Of a stretch of DNA of 64,000 nt, positions 26,759 to 35,763 are shown piece by piece. Both the position numbers and the translations under genes were made by a program. The notes under the pieces were generated by a model. The model was not told the DNA's origin, searched no databases, and saw only the letters and a program-made list of their open reading frames with translations. Source of the DNA: Candidatus Levyibacteriota bacterium (GTDB taxonomy: Bacteria > Patescibacteriota > Microgenomatia > Levybacterales > UBA12049); contig JAJDCG010000002.1 in NCBI GenBank assembly GCA_029260965.1, positions 60,523-124,522 on the forward strand, given 5' to 3'. Within the stretch, counting starts at the first letter, position 1, and every line of letters starts with the position of its first letter.

Positions 26759-28084
26759 ATGGCTTCTACAAAATCTCTTCCACATAATGATGAAGCTGAG
26801 CAATCGGTTCTAGGGTCAGTATTGATTGATAAAGATGCGATTGTTTCTGCCTCGGAAATTTTGAAATCACAGGATTTTTACAATGACATAAATGGGATCA
26901 TATACAGCGCAATGCTTGCTCTCTACGAAGAGAGAAAACCAATAGATCTTCTTACCCTCACTGAGCAGTTGAAAAAAGATAAGAAGTTAAAAACAGTAGA
27001 TTCTTCATATCTGACAGAGCTAGTAGAGTCGGTTCCTACGGCTGCAAATGCAAGGCATTATGCTCAAATAATTAAAGAAAGCGCGACAAAGAGACGTCTT
27101 ATCTTGGCAGGTACAGTTATCTCAGAGCTGGGTTATGAGGATAAAAATGAAGTTAAGGATATTTTGGATAAAGCTGAAGCTGAAGTTTTTTCAATCTCTC
27201 AGGGACATATGACGCGTGGGTTTGTGCCTCTGAAAGACACGCTGACGGAGAGTTTTGACAGGATTGATGAGTTGCAGAAGACAGGCGAGGGGATGAGAGG
27301 TATCCCAACTGGATTTACTGATCTTGACAATAAATTATCAGGAATGCAAAAAAGTAACCTTCTCATACTAGCAGCTCGTCCAGGTCAGGGAAAAACGGCA
27401 ATGGTGCTAAATATTGCTCAAAATGCAGCAATAAGCAAAAAGAACTCAATTGGTATATTTTCACTCGAGATGAGCAAGGAAGAACTAGTTGATCGTCTTC
27501 TCATAGCCCAGTCTGATGTAGATGCCTGGAAATTAAAAACAGGTCGGCTTACTGAGGATGATTTTTCTAAATTATCACAGGCAATGGGAGAATTGGCTGA
27601 AGCGAAGATATTTATTGATGACACACCGGGTCTTTCGCTTACGGAGATGAGGAGTAAGGCAAGAAGACTTCAACTGGAGCATGATATCCAACTTTTGATA
27701 GTTGATTATCTTCAGCTTGTGGATCCAGGCAGGAGATATGATAGTCGTGTACAGGAGGTTTCAATGGTGTCGCAGGCTTTGAAAAATTTGGCGAGGGAGC
27801 TTAATGTTCCTGTTCTTGCTGCATCGCAGCTAAATCGTTCTGTTGAGCATAGGGGTGGCGACAAGAAGCCGCAACTTGCAGATCTTCGTGAGTCAGGAGC
27901 AATTGAGCAGGATGCTGATGTTGTTATGTTTATCTATAGACCTGACGTTGAGGCGACAGGAAATAATATCCCAACCAAACTTCTCATAGCAAAGCATAGA
28001 AATGGTCCTACAGGTGAGGTTGATCTGCTTTTTCAAGGAAACCGAATCAAATTTCAAAATGTTGAAAGAAAACGAGAAGAATAG
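26759..28084 (+). CDS. dnaB: Replicative DNA helicase DnaB
   Basis: DnaB N-terminal domain 'EAEQSVLGSVLIDKDAI', Walker A 'LLILAARPGQGKTAMVLNIA' and RecA-like C-terminal motifs. Confidence 0.9.
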   Translation: MASTKSLPHNDEAEQSVLGSVLIDKDAIVSASEILKSQDFYNDINGIIYSAMLALYEERKPIDLLTLTEQLKKDKKLKTVDSSYLTELVESVPTAANARHYAQIIKESATKRRLILAGTVISELGYEDKNEVKDILDKAEAEVFSISQGHMTRGFVPLKDTLTESFDRIDELQKTGEGMRGIPTGFTDLDNKLSGMQKSNLLILAARPGQGKTAMVLNIAQNAAISKKNSIGIFSLEMSKEELVDRLLIAQSDVDAWKLKTGRLTEDDFSKLSQAMGELAEAKIFIDDTPGLSLTEMRSKARRLQLEHDIQLLIVDYLQLVDPGRRYDSRVQEVSMVSQALKNLARELNVPVLAASQLNRSVEHRGGDKKPQLADLRESGAIEQDADVVMFIYRPDVEATGNNIPTKLLIAKHRNGPTGEVDLLFQGNRIKFQNVERKREE

Positions 28085-28110
28085 AACCATTTTTAACTCA
28101 ATCCTCTTTT

Positions 28111-28145
28111 GAGGAGCCGGATTTACCGGCCCCTCTTTTATAAAA
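28111..28145 (+). terminator. Rho-independent terminator-like hairpin after dnaB
   Basis: 'GAGGAGCCGGatttaCCGGCCCCTC' forms a GC-rich stem, followed by TTTTAT. Confidence 0.55.
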
Positions 28146-28169
28146 TTATCAAAGCACCCAAATAGAAAA

Positions 28170-28520
28170 CTATTGTATAGGATTTCCTTGATTTGGATCT
28201 TGTGTCTCCTCAGGAGTAGTTGGTACTCCTGGTGTTTCACCTACTTGGGGCGATTGTTCATTGGGAGATGATGGCTGTTCTGGTGCACTCGGCGCAGGCA
28301 TGCCGTCTCCTACGTCTCCGACTGGAGCAGCAGGTGGTGTTGTTGGCTCAACAGGTGTTGGCTCAACAGGTGCTTCTGGTTGTTGTACAGGAGGGTTGAC
28401 CTGTCCAAATCCATCATTAACTGGTTGTCCTGGTTGAGAACTTGGATCAGTAGGGATAGGATTTTGATTTGGTACTCCTCCTCCTGTTGGGTTGTTGTTT
28501 TGATCGTCCATATAAATCAC
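28170..28520 (-). CDS. Pro/Gln/Thr-rich low-complexity protein
   Basis: 116 aa dominated by P, Q, T, G and N repeats. GC content looks locally higher. Coding status is uncertain. Confidence 0.4.
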   Translation of the reverse strand: MIYMDDQNNNPTGGGVPNQNPIPTDPSSQPGQPVNDGFGQVNPPVQQPEAPVEPTPVEPTTPPAAPVGDVGDGMPAPSAPEQPSSPNEQSPQVGETPGVPTTPEETQDPNQGNPIQ

Positions 28521-28601
28521 CTCCTCTCATTTTGACTACTTATTTCATACTAGTTTATAAAATATAAATATGTCAAATAGGATAGGAAAATATTGCTATA
28601 A

Positions 28602-29900
28602 ATGTTAAAATTTGAATTATTACAAAGAATGTTTGCTAAGATAAAAAATTTTTTATATTTTCCTGTTGCATCTTATTTCCGTTTTTTTGCTGCGATTCGG
28701 CTCAAGAAGTGGAATCCTAAAATTATTGTCATAACAGGTTCTAATGGTAAGACTACACTTCTTCATATGGTTGAGGCACAAATTGGAGAAAAAGCTAGAT
28801 ATTCGCATCATGCAAACAGTAGCTTTGGTATACCTTTTGATATTTTGGACTTACATCGTACAACACTTATAAAAACAGAATGGATAAAATTGTTTTTGTA
28901 TGCTCCTTTGCATGTGTTTCATAAAATCCCAAATGAAAAAATTTATGTTGTTGAGGCAGATTGTGATAGGCCAGGCGAGGGGAAGTTTTTGGCTGAGTTT
29001 TTACATCCCGATGTAACTCTCTGGGTTAGCAGTTCAAAAACACATGCAATGAATTTTGACAGTTTGGTAAGAGCTGGAAAATTTGAGACTGTTGAGGATG
29101 CCGTTGCCTATGAATTTGGATATTTTCTAGAATATTGTAAAGTGCTTTCAGTAATTGATGGCAACTCTCCCTTGATGAAGAAACAAGTTGTCAGATCAGA
29201 AGCTGAGATAAGGGCAGTAAAAAGCACTTCGCTTAAAAATTACGCAGTTGATAAATTTGGTACAAGTTTTACTATAGATGATAAAAAGTATTTATTTGGG
29301 GCATTGTTGCCTATAGAATCATTTACGTCAATAGCTATGACAAAAATGCTTACAGAATATCTGGATTTAAAATTTGATAGATCTTTTTCAAAATTTTTAA
29401 TGCCTCCTGGTAGGGGGTCTGTATTTACTGGAATAAAAGATATAACTATTGTTGATAGTTGTTACAATGCAAATCTTTCATCAATGAAGGCAATTTTGGA
29501 GATGTATTCTAAGATAAAAAGTGATAAAAAATGGGCAGTAATAGGTGACATGTTGGAGCTGGGGGAATTAGAGCGTGAGGAGCATGAAAAGTTGGCAGAT
29601 ATTCTCGTTGACTTGAAAATTGAGCGTTTAGTATTTCTCGGTCCAAGAGTTTTAAGATACACGATGCCAAAACTCAAGACTCACCAAGGCAAGGAAATAA
29701 TTATCGATGGATTTGTCAATCCTCCTGAGGTTCTAGAATATTTGCAGTCAAATCTAAAAGGTGAGGAAGTAATCCTTTTCAAAGGTGCGAGATTCATGGA
29801 AGGAATAATTGAGAATCTTTTGAAGAATAAGGATGATTCAAATAAATTATCAAGGAGGGAAAAAATATGGGAAAAAAGAAGAAAGAAGTGGGGACTATGA
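28602..29900 (+). CDS. Mur ligase-family protein (MurF-like UDP-MurNAc-peptide ligase)
   Basis: 'KIIVITGSNGKTTLLHMV' is the Mur ligase P-loop. 'HANSSFGIPFDILDL' resembles the MurF middle-domain motif. ATGA overlap with the next gene. Confidence 0.75.
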   Translation: MLKFELLQRMFAKIKNFLYFPVASYFRFFAAIRLKKWNPKIIVITGSNGKTTLLHMVEAQIGEKARYSHHANSSFGIPFDILDLHRTTLIKTEWIKLFLYAPLHVFHKIPNEKIYVVEADCDRPGEGKFLAEFLHPDVTLWVSSSKTHAMNFDSLVRAGKFETVEDAVAYEFGYFLEYCKVLSVIDGNSPLMKKQVVRSEAEIRAVKSTSLKNYAVDKFGTSFTIDDKKYLFGALLPIESFTSIAMTKMLTEYLDLKFDRSFSKFLMPPGRGSVFTGIKDITIVDSCYNANLSSMKAILEMYSKIKSDKKWAVIGDMLELGELEREEHEKLADILVDLKIERLVFLGPRVLRYTMPKLKTHQGKEIIIDGFVNPPEVLEYLQSNLKGEEVILFKGARFMEGIIENLLKNKDDSNKLSRREKIWEKRRKKWGL

Positions 29901-30583
29901 AGAAGAAAGTTTACATATTGCATGGATGGGCTTATTCGACTGAAAAATGGAAACCTTTTTTAATTGATTTGAAAGAAAAAGGGTTTGAACCAGTAATGTT
30001 AAAAATTCCAGGTCTTACTGCGCCCCTAAATGAAGTTTGGACAATTGAAAATTACGTTGAATGGTTAAGGGCAAAGATAGGTTCCCAAAAAAACATAATA
30101 CTTTTGGGACACTCAAACGGTGGAAGAATTGCAATTGCATTTGTAGCAAAATATCCATCTGTGGCATCTCAGCTCATACTTATTGACAGTGCGGGAATTT
30201 ATCACAATGGATTGCGGATTAGAATTAAGCGTTTGTTTTTTGGCTCGATAGCAAAGCTAGGAAAAATTTTTTTTAATTCTGAAAAAATTAGAAAACTTTT
30301 ATATAAGTTTGCCAGAGAACATGATTATGAAAAAGCTGATCCTATTGTTAGGCAAACAATGGTTAATCTGATTCGTACAGATCTTTCTCGAACTCTAAAG
30401 CAAGTTAGTACACAGACTCTTATTATCTGGGGTGAAGAAGATAGGGTAACTCCAGTTGTAGATGCTAAATTGATGAGTAGGGAAATTGTTAACTCACAAC
30501 TGAGGATAATTGCCAAGGCAAGACATTCTCCAATGTTTACACACCCGAATCAAGTTGTTGAAATAATCAGAGAAAATTTATGA
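29897..30583 (+). CDS. Alpha/beta-fold hydrolase (esterase-like)
   Basis: 'ILLGHSNGGRIAIAF' is a GxSxG elbow. The start was chosen at ATG 29897 (4-nt overlap with the upstream stop, SD-like GGGGA). Confidence 0.65.
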   Translation: MKKKVYILHGWAYSTEKWKPFLIDLKEKGFEPVMLKIPGLTAPLNEVWTIENYVEWLRAKIGSQKNIILLGHSNGGRIAIAFVAKYPSVASQLILIDSAGIYHNGLRIRIKRLFFGSIAKLGKIFFNSEKIRKLLYKFAREHDYEKADPIVRQTMVNLIRTDLSRTLKQVSTQTLIIWGEEDRVTPVVDAKLMSREIVNSQLRIIAKARHSPMFTHPNQVVEIIRENL

Positions 30584-31791
30584 GTATATTTAATTCGTTG
30601 GGTTCAAATTATAATTTTAGTTATGTAGTAAAGACATTGTTTGCGGGAGATGGGGAGGAGTATTTTTTGCGTTTAAAGAAATTACTTCAGGAAAAGTATG
30701 GGGGGAATAAGGTTATTCTCACCCATAAGGGAAGAGATGCATTGAGAATTGTTCTTAGAGCAATTGGGTTACGGGGTAAGGCTGTGATAGGGATTTGTGG
30801 TTTTACGTGTTTTGCGGTATATGAAGCAATAGAGAAAGAAGGATATAAGGTAAAGTATCTTGATATTGATAGAGATAGTTTAAATTTTTCATACAATACC
30901 CTAGAAAAAGCAGTTAATCAAAATTCAGATTTAAAAGTAGTTATTATACAAAATACATTAGGTTTTACTTGTGAGATTGAGAAGATATCAAAGTTTTGTA
31001 AATCCAGGGGAATAATTCTTGTAGAAGATTTGGCCCACTCGATAGGAGCAAAATACAATGATGGTAGGGAGGTTGGTACGGTAGGGGATTTTACAATTTT
31101 ATCTTTTAGTCAGGATAAAATGATAGATGGTATTTCAGGGGGAGCATTAATAAGACATAATCCCAAGTTTAGAATTGAAAATTTTGAATTTACAGATATA
31201 GAGGTGGAAGTTCAGAAAAAAGATAGATTTTATCCGCTTTATACATACATGATAAGAAAAACCTATGACTTGTATTTCGGGAGAGTAATCCATTTTTTGC
31301 TTAAAAAAATAAATTTTTTATCCACCCCGATGATCAGTTCAGAAAAAATAGGGAAAATTGCTCTCTGGTACTGTCAAAATATTTATAATGAATTTTTGGA
31401 TTTAACACAAAATCTTAAACATCGTCGAAATATTGCATCTATTTATGCAAAAAATCTAGACAGTAATCTTATCAATAGGGAAATAGTTTCAAAAATTAAT
31501 AATTCATCTAATTTGAGATTTCCTATATTCATTAATAATAGGGAGGACGTTATTAATTATTTAAAAAAATCAAAAATCTTCGTGTCAGACATCTGGTACG
31601 ATTCGCCTATTGCACCAAGGAAATATTTATCTAAAACTGATTACAAAAAAGGTACTTGCAAAAATGCGGAATATGTTTCTGATAAAATATTGAATCTACC
31701 AACGCATAGAAATATCACCGAAAGAGATGCTATACGAATAGTAGAGAGAGTAAATAAATTTTTTGAAGATTTCAGTCATCAAAGTGAATAA
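30580..31791 (+). CDS. DegT/DnrJ/EryC1/StrS-family PLP-dependent aminotransferase-like protein
   Basis: 'IGICGFTCFAVYEAI...LVEDLAHSIGAKYNDGREVGTVGDFTILSFSQDKMI' fits the fold-type I sugar aminotransferase layout with the conserved SF..K lysine. Confidence 0.7.
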   Translation: MSIFNSLGSNYNFSYVVKTLFAGDGEEYFLRLKKLLQEKYGGNKVILTHKGRDALRIVLRAIGLRGKAVIGICGFTCFAVYEAIEKEGYKVKYLDIDRDSLNFSYNTLEKAVNQNSDLKVVIIQNTLGFTCEIEKISKFCKSRGIILVEDLAHSIGAKYNDGREVGTVGDFTILSFSQDKMIDGISGGALIRHNPKFRIENFEFTDIEVEVQKKDRFYPLYTYMIRKTYDLYFGRVIHFLLKKINFLSTPMISSEKIGKIALWYCQNIYNEFLDLTQNLKHRRNIASIYAKNLDSNLINREIVSKINNSSNLRFPIFINNREDVINYLKKSKIFVSDIWYDSPIAPRKYLSKTDYKKGTCKNAEYVSDKILNLPTHRNITERDAIRIVERVNKFFEDFSHQSE

Positions 31792-31795
31792 TTTT

Positions 31796-32815
31796 ATGAT
31801 AAATCTAAAGATAGTTGATAAAAAAAACGATTGGGAAAAATTTATTATCAAACATTCTGATGCAAATTTTTTGCAAAGTTGGTATTGGGGTGAATTTCAT
31901 GAAAGCCTCGGTAAAAAAATTTTTAGATACGGATTTTATCAGGAAAATGAGCTAATTGGCGTAATGCTATCTATAGTGGAAGATGCAAAAAGGGGAAGGT
32001 ATCTTACTGTACCTGGAGGGCCGATTATTGATTGGGCTGATAAAGAGCTTGCAAAAGTATCATTTGAGATAATGCGAAAGATCGCTCGAGAGAACAGTTG
32101 TGATTTTGTGCGTGTCCGTCCGCAGCTTTTGAAAAATACTTTTTCAATAAAGCTATTTAAAAATAATAATTTTCGTCCTGCACCAATGTATCTTCATGCA
32201 GAGCTAACTTCTCAATTAGATATCACCAAATCAGAAGAGGAACTTTTGTCAGCGATGAGGAAAAACACCCGTTATGAAATAAGGAAAGCAGAAAAATTGG
32301 GAATTGAGATTTTGAGATCAGAAAGTAAGGAAAAAATAAAAGATTTTTACAATTTACAGATAGAAACTGCCAAAAGACAGCGTTTTGTTCCATTTAGTTA
32401 TCATTTTTTTAAAAAGCAATTTGAAATATTTTTTGCAGCAGATAGTGCGATTTTATACACTGCAAAATTGGGTAATAAGATTCTTTCTGAGGCCTTTGTT
32501 ATTTTTTATGGATCTGAGGCAGTCTATCATTACGGTGCTAGCACAAAAGACGGAAGGCGCTATCCTGGTGCATACCTCATACAATGGGAAGCGATAAAAG
32601 AGGCAAAAAAGAGGGGAATGATACGCTATAATTTTTGGGGCATATCGCCTAATGAGGAAAAGAATCATAGATTTTCAGGAATATCTCTTTTCAAAAGAGG
32701 CTTCGGTGGAATAGACGTTCAGTATTTACCAGCTCATGATTTAGTAATAGATCCATTTAAGTATTCTATAAATTATGTAATTGAAAAGTTGAGAAGATTC
32801 GTTAGAAAAGTCTGA
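31796..32815 (+). CDS. FemAB-family peptidyltransferase (peptidoglycan interpeptide bridge formation)
   Basis: 'NFLQSWYWGEFHESLG' is the typical FemAB N-terminal motif. An acyltransferase-like core follows. The start was moved to ATG 31796. Confidence 0.7.
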   Translation: MINLKIVDKKNDWEKFIIKHSDANFLQSWYWGEFHESLGKKIFRYGFYQENELIGVMLSIVEDAKRGRYLTVPGGPIIDWADKELAKVSFEIMRKIARENSCDFVRVRPQLLKNTFSIKLFKNNNFRPAPMYLHAELTSQLDITKSEEELLSAMRKNTRYEIRKAEKLGIEILRSESKEKIKDFYNLQIETAKRQRFVPFSYHFFKKQFEIFFAADSAILYTAKLGNKILSEAFVIFYGSEAVYHYGASTKDGRRYPGAYLIQWEAIKEAKKRGMIRYNFWGISPNEEKNHRFSGISLFKRGFGGIDVQYLPAHDLVIDPFKYSINYVIEKLRRFVRKV

Positions 32816-33390
32816 TGAGAAAAATAATTCTTGCATCTAAATCTCCAAGAAGGGAAAAACTTCTGAAGCAAATTGGTTTACAGTTTGAAATTATCCCAAG
32901 TGGAGTAAAGGAAGTAATTGATTCTAAATTGGATCATAGTAAGCAGGTTGAGAAATTGTCTTTTCAAAAAGCAGAAGTAGTTGCCAAGCAGTTTAGTGAT
33001 GCAATTATAATCGGTGCAGACTCCATGATTGCAATAGGGGATGAAATCATCGGAAAGCCAAAAGATAAAAAAGATGCAGTAAGAATCTTAAAAAAATTGA
33101 GTGGTAAAATGCATCTGGGAATAACAGGCTTCACTATTATTGATACTAAATCAGGAAAAAAGTTAACAAGATCAGTTACCACACGAGTTTGGTTTAAAAA
33201 ACTCAACGAAAGAGAAATAGAGTCTTATCTCAGTAGGGATGAGCCGTATGATTTTGCTGGAGCATATAGTGTTGCGTCTTTTGCTGCAGTTCTGGTAGAA
33301 AAAATTGAGGGTGATTTTTATAATGTTGTAGGACTACCTCTTTTTGTATTTTCTGAGGAACTAAAACAGTTTGGAATTAACCTGTTGTAG
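32815..33390 (+). CDS. maf: Maf-like nucleoside triphosphate pyrophosphatase (septum formation protein)
   Basis: 'IILASKSPRR.ELL...IGADSMIAIGDEIIGKPKDKKDA' is the Maf signature. Confidence 0.85.
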   Translation: MRKIILASKSPRREKLLKQIGLQFEIIPSGVKEVIDSKLDHSKQVEKLSFQKAEVVAKQFSDAIIIGADSMIAIGDEIIGKPKDKKDAVRILKKLSGKMHLGITGFTIIDTKSGKKLTRSVTTRVWFKKLNEREIESYLSRDEPYDFAGAYSVASFAAVLVEKIEGDFYNVVGLPLFVFSEELKQFGINLL

Positions 33391-33394
33391 AATT

Positions 33395-34666
33395 TTAGAC
33401 ATCGACTGATAAATCTTCCTGCTCGTCTGTTTCTGGGTTTATCAAAAATCCTTTCAAATCAAGCCTACCCACAATCATCGGGTAGGTTAGGTGAGACCTG
33501 CTCACAAGAGACACAATGGTGTTAATCCTTTTACCAGCAATTATAAAAGAAAGTTTTGCAGTTTTTCGGTAGGCCTTGCCGCTTGCAGAGCGAACAAAAA
33601 CTTTTTGTTTTACTGTCTCAAGTCCCAGTTCCTTGGCAAGTTTTTTGTCAATTGATGACCTATATGCTCCTGTGTCAAGTTTGGCATTAATTTCTTTCAC
33701 AATGTCATTACTTTTTAGCGTAACAGGATATATAACTGGCAATATCTTGGGACTTGATGAAACTTTTTCTGAAAATTTTTCAGCAAAAAGCGTCTTTGCC
33801 AGTTCAACCCCTCTTTTGGGTGATGCTATGTTCATATCCTCTATTCTTTCAAGTCTGGTGCGAAGAGATTGTAGATTGGCATTTTGGATCTCGAGTCCTG
33901 GACGGGAGTTGACCTCTAAAACAAGCGGTCCTTTGTGGGCATCAATTACAATATCAACTCCTGCAAATCCAAGCTTTATCGCCTCCTGCGTGCGAGAAGC
34001 AAGTAATAATGTGTCGCTCCAGTTAGGAAGCTTTATGCCAGCAGTTTTCTTCTTTGTAAAAGGAAATTTATATATCAATTTTGAGTTATTGGTGGCAGAG
34101 GTAGTAATTCCTGTTGAGATATCTATTCCTGTTGCAAGTGCTCCAAGGTGAATATTGGCTTTTCCTCCTGATTGTTGAGTAGGTATTCGAAGCATTGCCA
34201 TGATTGGAACATGCTTGAATACTATAATTCTTATGTCTGTAAGTCCCATGGGTGTAATTTTTTTAAAAAATGGGTGCTGTACGAGTTTGTCTTCTATAAA
34301 AGCAGTATCAGGTAGGTATTGTAGAGAAAAAGCACCATCTAGAATATCAAAGATATGTGATTCAAGTTTTGTTTTATCATAGACTTCTCCACTCAAGTCA
34401 TGTCCGATGTTTTTTTTCCAATGTTTAATTATTATTATTCCAGATCCTCCGTAACCTCTTGCAGGTTTTATAGCAAATCCGCTTTCAGGAAGTGAATCCC
34501 AGTTAAAACTTCTAACCTCATCTCTATTTCTGAAGCTAGCTAAAAGCGTTGGAGCTGGGATGCCGTTTTCAACTAATATTTTTTTTGTCTTCAATTTATC
34601 ATCAGCGTTTTTTTTGGCTGAAGACTTGTTGTATGGACGGATGTATAGGAAGTTCCGGGCATTCAT
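33395..34666 (-). CDS. Fusion protein: RimK-like alpha-L-glutamate-ligase-related ATP-grasp domain + C-terminal retropepsin-like (DTGA) aspartyl protease domain
   Basis: ATP-grasp motifs 'GFAIKPARGYGGSGIIIIKHW' and 'VDIVIDAHKGPLVLEVNSRPGLEIQ', with N-terminal 'GMNARNFLYIRPYN'. The C-terminal ~140 aa 'KLDTGAYRSSIDKKLAKELGL...' resemble the RimK-associated 'Zn_protease'/retropepsin family. The start was set at Met26 to avoid overlap with the 7TM gene. Confidence 0.7.
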   Translation of the reverse strand: MNARNFLYIRPYNKSSAKKNADDKLKTKKILVENGIPAPTLLASFRNRDEVRSFNWDSLPESGFAIKPARGYGGSGIIIIKHWKKNIGHDLSGEVYDKTKLESHIFDILDGAFSLQYLPDTAFIEDKLVQHPFFKKITPMGLTDIRIIVFKHVPIMAMLRIPTQQSGGKANIHLGALATGIDISTGITTSATNNSKLIYKFPFTKKKTAGIKLPNWSDTLLLASRTQEAIKLGFAGVDIVIDAHKGPLVLEVNSRPGLEIQNANLQSLRTRLERIEDMNIASPKRGVELAKTLFAEKFSEKVSSSPKILPVIYPVTLKSNDIVKEINAKLDTGAYRSSIDKKLAKELGLETVKQKVFVRSASGKAYRKTAKLSFIIAGKRINTIVSLVSRSHLTYPMIVGRLDLKGFLINPETDEQEDLSVDV

Positions 34667-34679
34667 CCCGAGAACAGTT

Positions 34680-35585
34680 TTACTTACTGCCATGTTTGAA
34701 AATTGGTTGGAATCTAAGATACTCTGTAATTCGTAATCCAAAGTATCTTCCGATCATCACATTTATAGGAACTAAAAGTAATATAAATTCAGGGTACAGC
34801 AGTATAAAGGTTCTCAGTTGTTCCCATGAGAGTAAGAGAAATCCAAGTATACCAAGTACCAAGGTTATAACTGTTGTCTGAATTGTTTCTTCCAGTTCAC
34901 GTTCTAAGAAGAGAGTTACTATTCGATCGCTCAGAAGTATCAGGAGTAAAACTGGAAATATAGATAGGTTTCGTATGTCAATCAATCCATAGATAGAGCT
35001 GATGGTTAATGCAGTCAGAAGTAGGATAGCTACCATGAGCATGGATAGTGAAGTTTTGGGCATCTGCATTATTCTTACTCTCTTGAGAAGGACACGTGAC
35101 ATGAATGACGCAATGAGGATGGTGAGCAACATAATAAACCCTGGTGTAACGCCCGTTGCTAAAAGTGTAATTGATAGTGCTATTGGAACTAAAAGACCAA
35201 TGCCTGAAAGTCCGACTATGTATCGAAAGGCAACAACTATTGTAGCAAGAACAGGAAGTAGCAATATGAGTATAATTGTATTTGTGGGGACTCCTGCTCG
35301 TGCTGCGTATTGAACTGCAAAAGGTGCAAAATTTGTTGCAGTTAATTTTTCGACCTTTCTTTTTTCAAAAAGCGAAGTCAAGACTTCTTTTTTTTCTGTG
35401 TCTTCCTCTGGTTGTGTTACATCTTTAGCATCTGTGGTGTTTTTTTTGTTCGCAGATTGCGTAGCTTCTTGTGCAGCTTGGCTTGCTGATGTCTCTGGGT
35501 CAAGTGATTGCGCGTGTATGACCGAAGTGGTCGAAAGTATGATTATGCTAAAAATTATAGAAATAAAGATTTTCATAACCATCAT
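34680..35585 (-). CDS. 7TM membrane protein (7TM_transglut-like, lacking a transglutaminase domain)
   Basis: A signal peptide, a low-complexity linker and seven predicted TM helices. It lies directly upstream of the ATP-grasp/retropepsin gene on the same strand. Confidence 0.6.
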   Translation of the reverse strand: MMVMKIFISIIFSIIILSTTSVIHAQSLDPETSASQAAQEATQSANKKNTTDAKDVTQPEEDTEKKEVLTSLFEKRKVEKLTATNFAPFAVQYAARAGVPTNTIILILLLPVLATIVVAFRYIVGLSGIGLLVPIALSITLLATGVTPGFIMLLTILIASFMSRVLLKRVRIMQMPKTSLSMLMVAILLLTALTISSIYGLIDIRNLSIFPVLLLILLSDRIVTLFLERELEETIQTTVITLVLGILGFLLLSWEQLRTFILLYPEFILLLVPINVMIGRYFGLRITEYLRFQPIFKHGSK

Positions 35586-35642
35586 TTTAATACAAAATTC
35601 ATTTTGAGTATAGTGCGAGATTGATATTTATGTTTTCAAATG

Positions 35643-35725
35643 TACCGAGGGAGGGACTCGAACCCTCAAGGCCTTGCGACCAATAGTTTTTGAGACTATC
35701 GCGTATACCATTCCGCCACCCCGGT
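35643..35725 (-). tRNA. tRNA-Leu (anticodon CAA)
   Basis: Folded by hand. Acceptor stem ACCGGGG/CCTCGGT, anticodon stem ATAGT/ACTAT with loop CTCAAAA (U33, CAA, A37), a long variable arm, and T-arm GAGGG-TTCGAGT-CCCTC. Confidence 0.85.
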
Positions 35726-35763
35726 GCTTGAATTTGTGACCTCACTATTATATACTTGATCGT

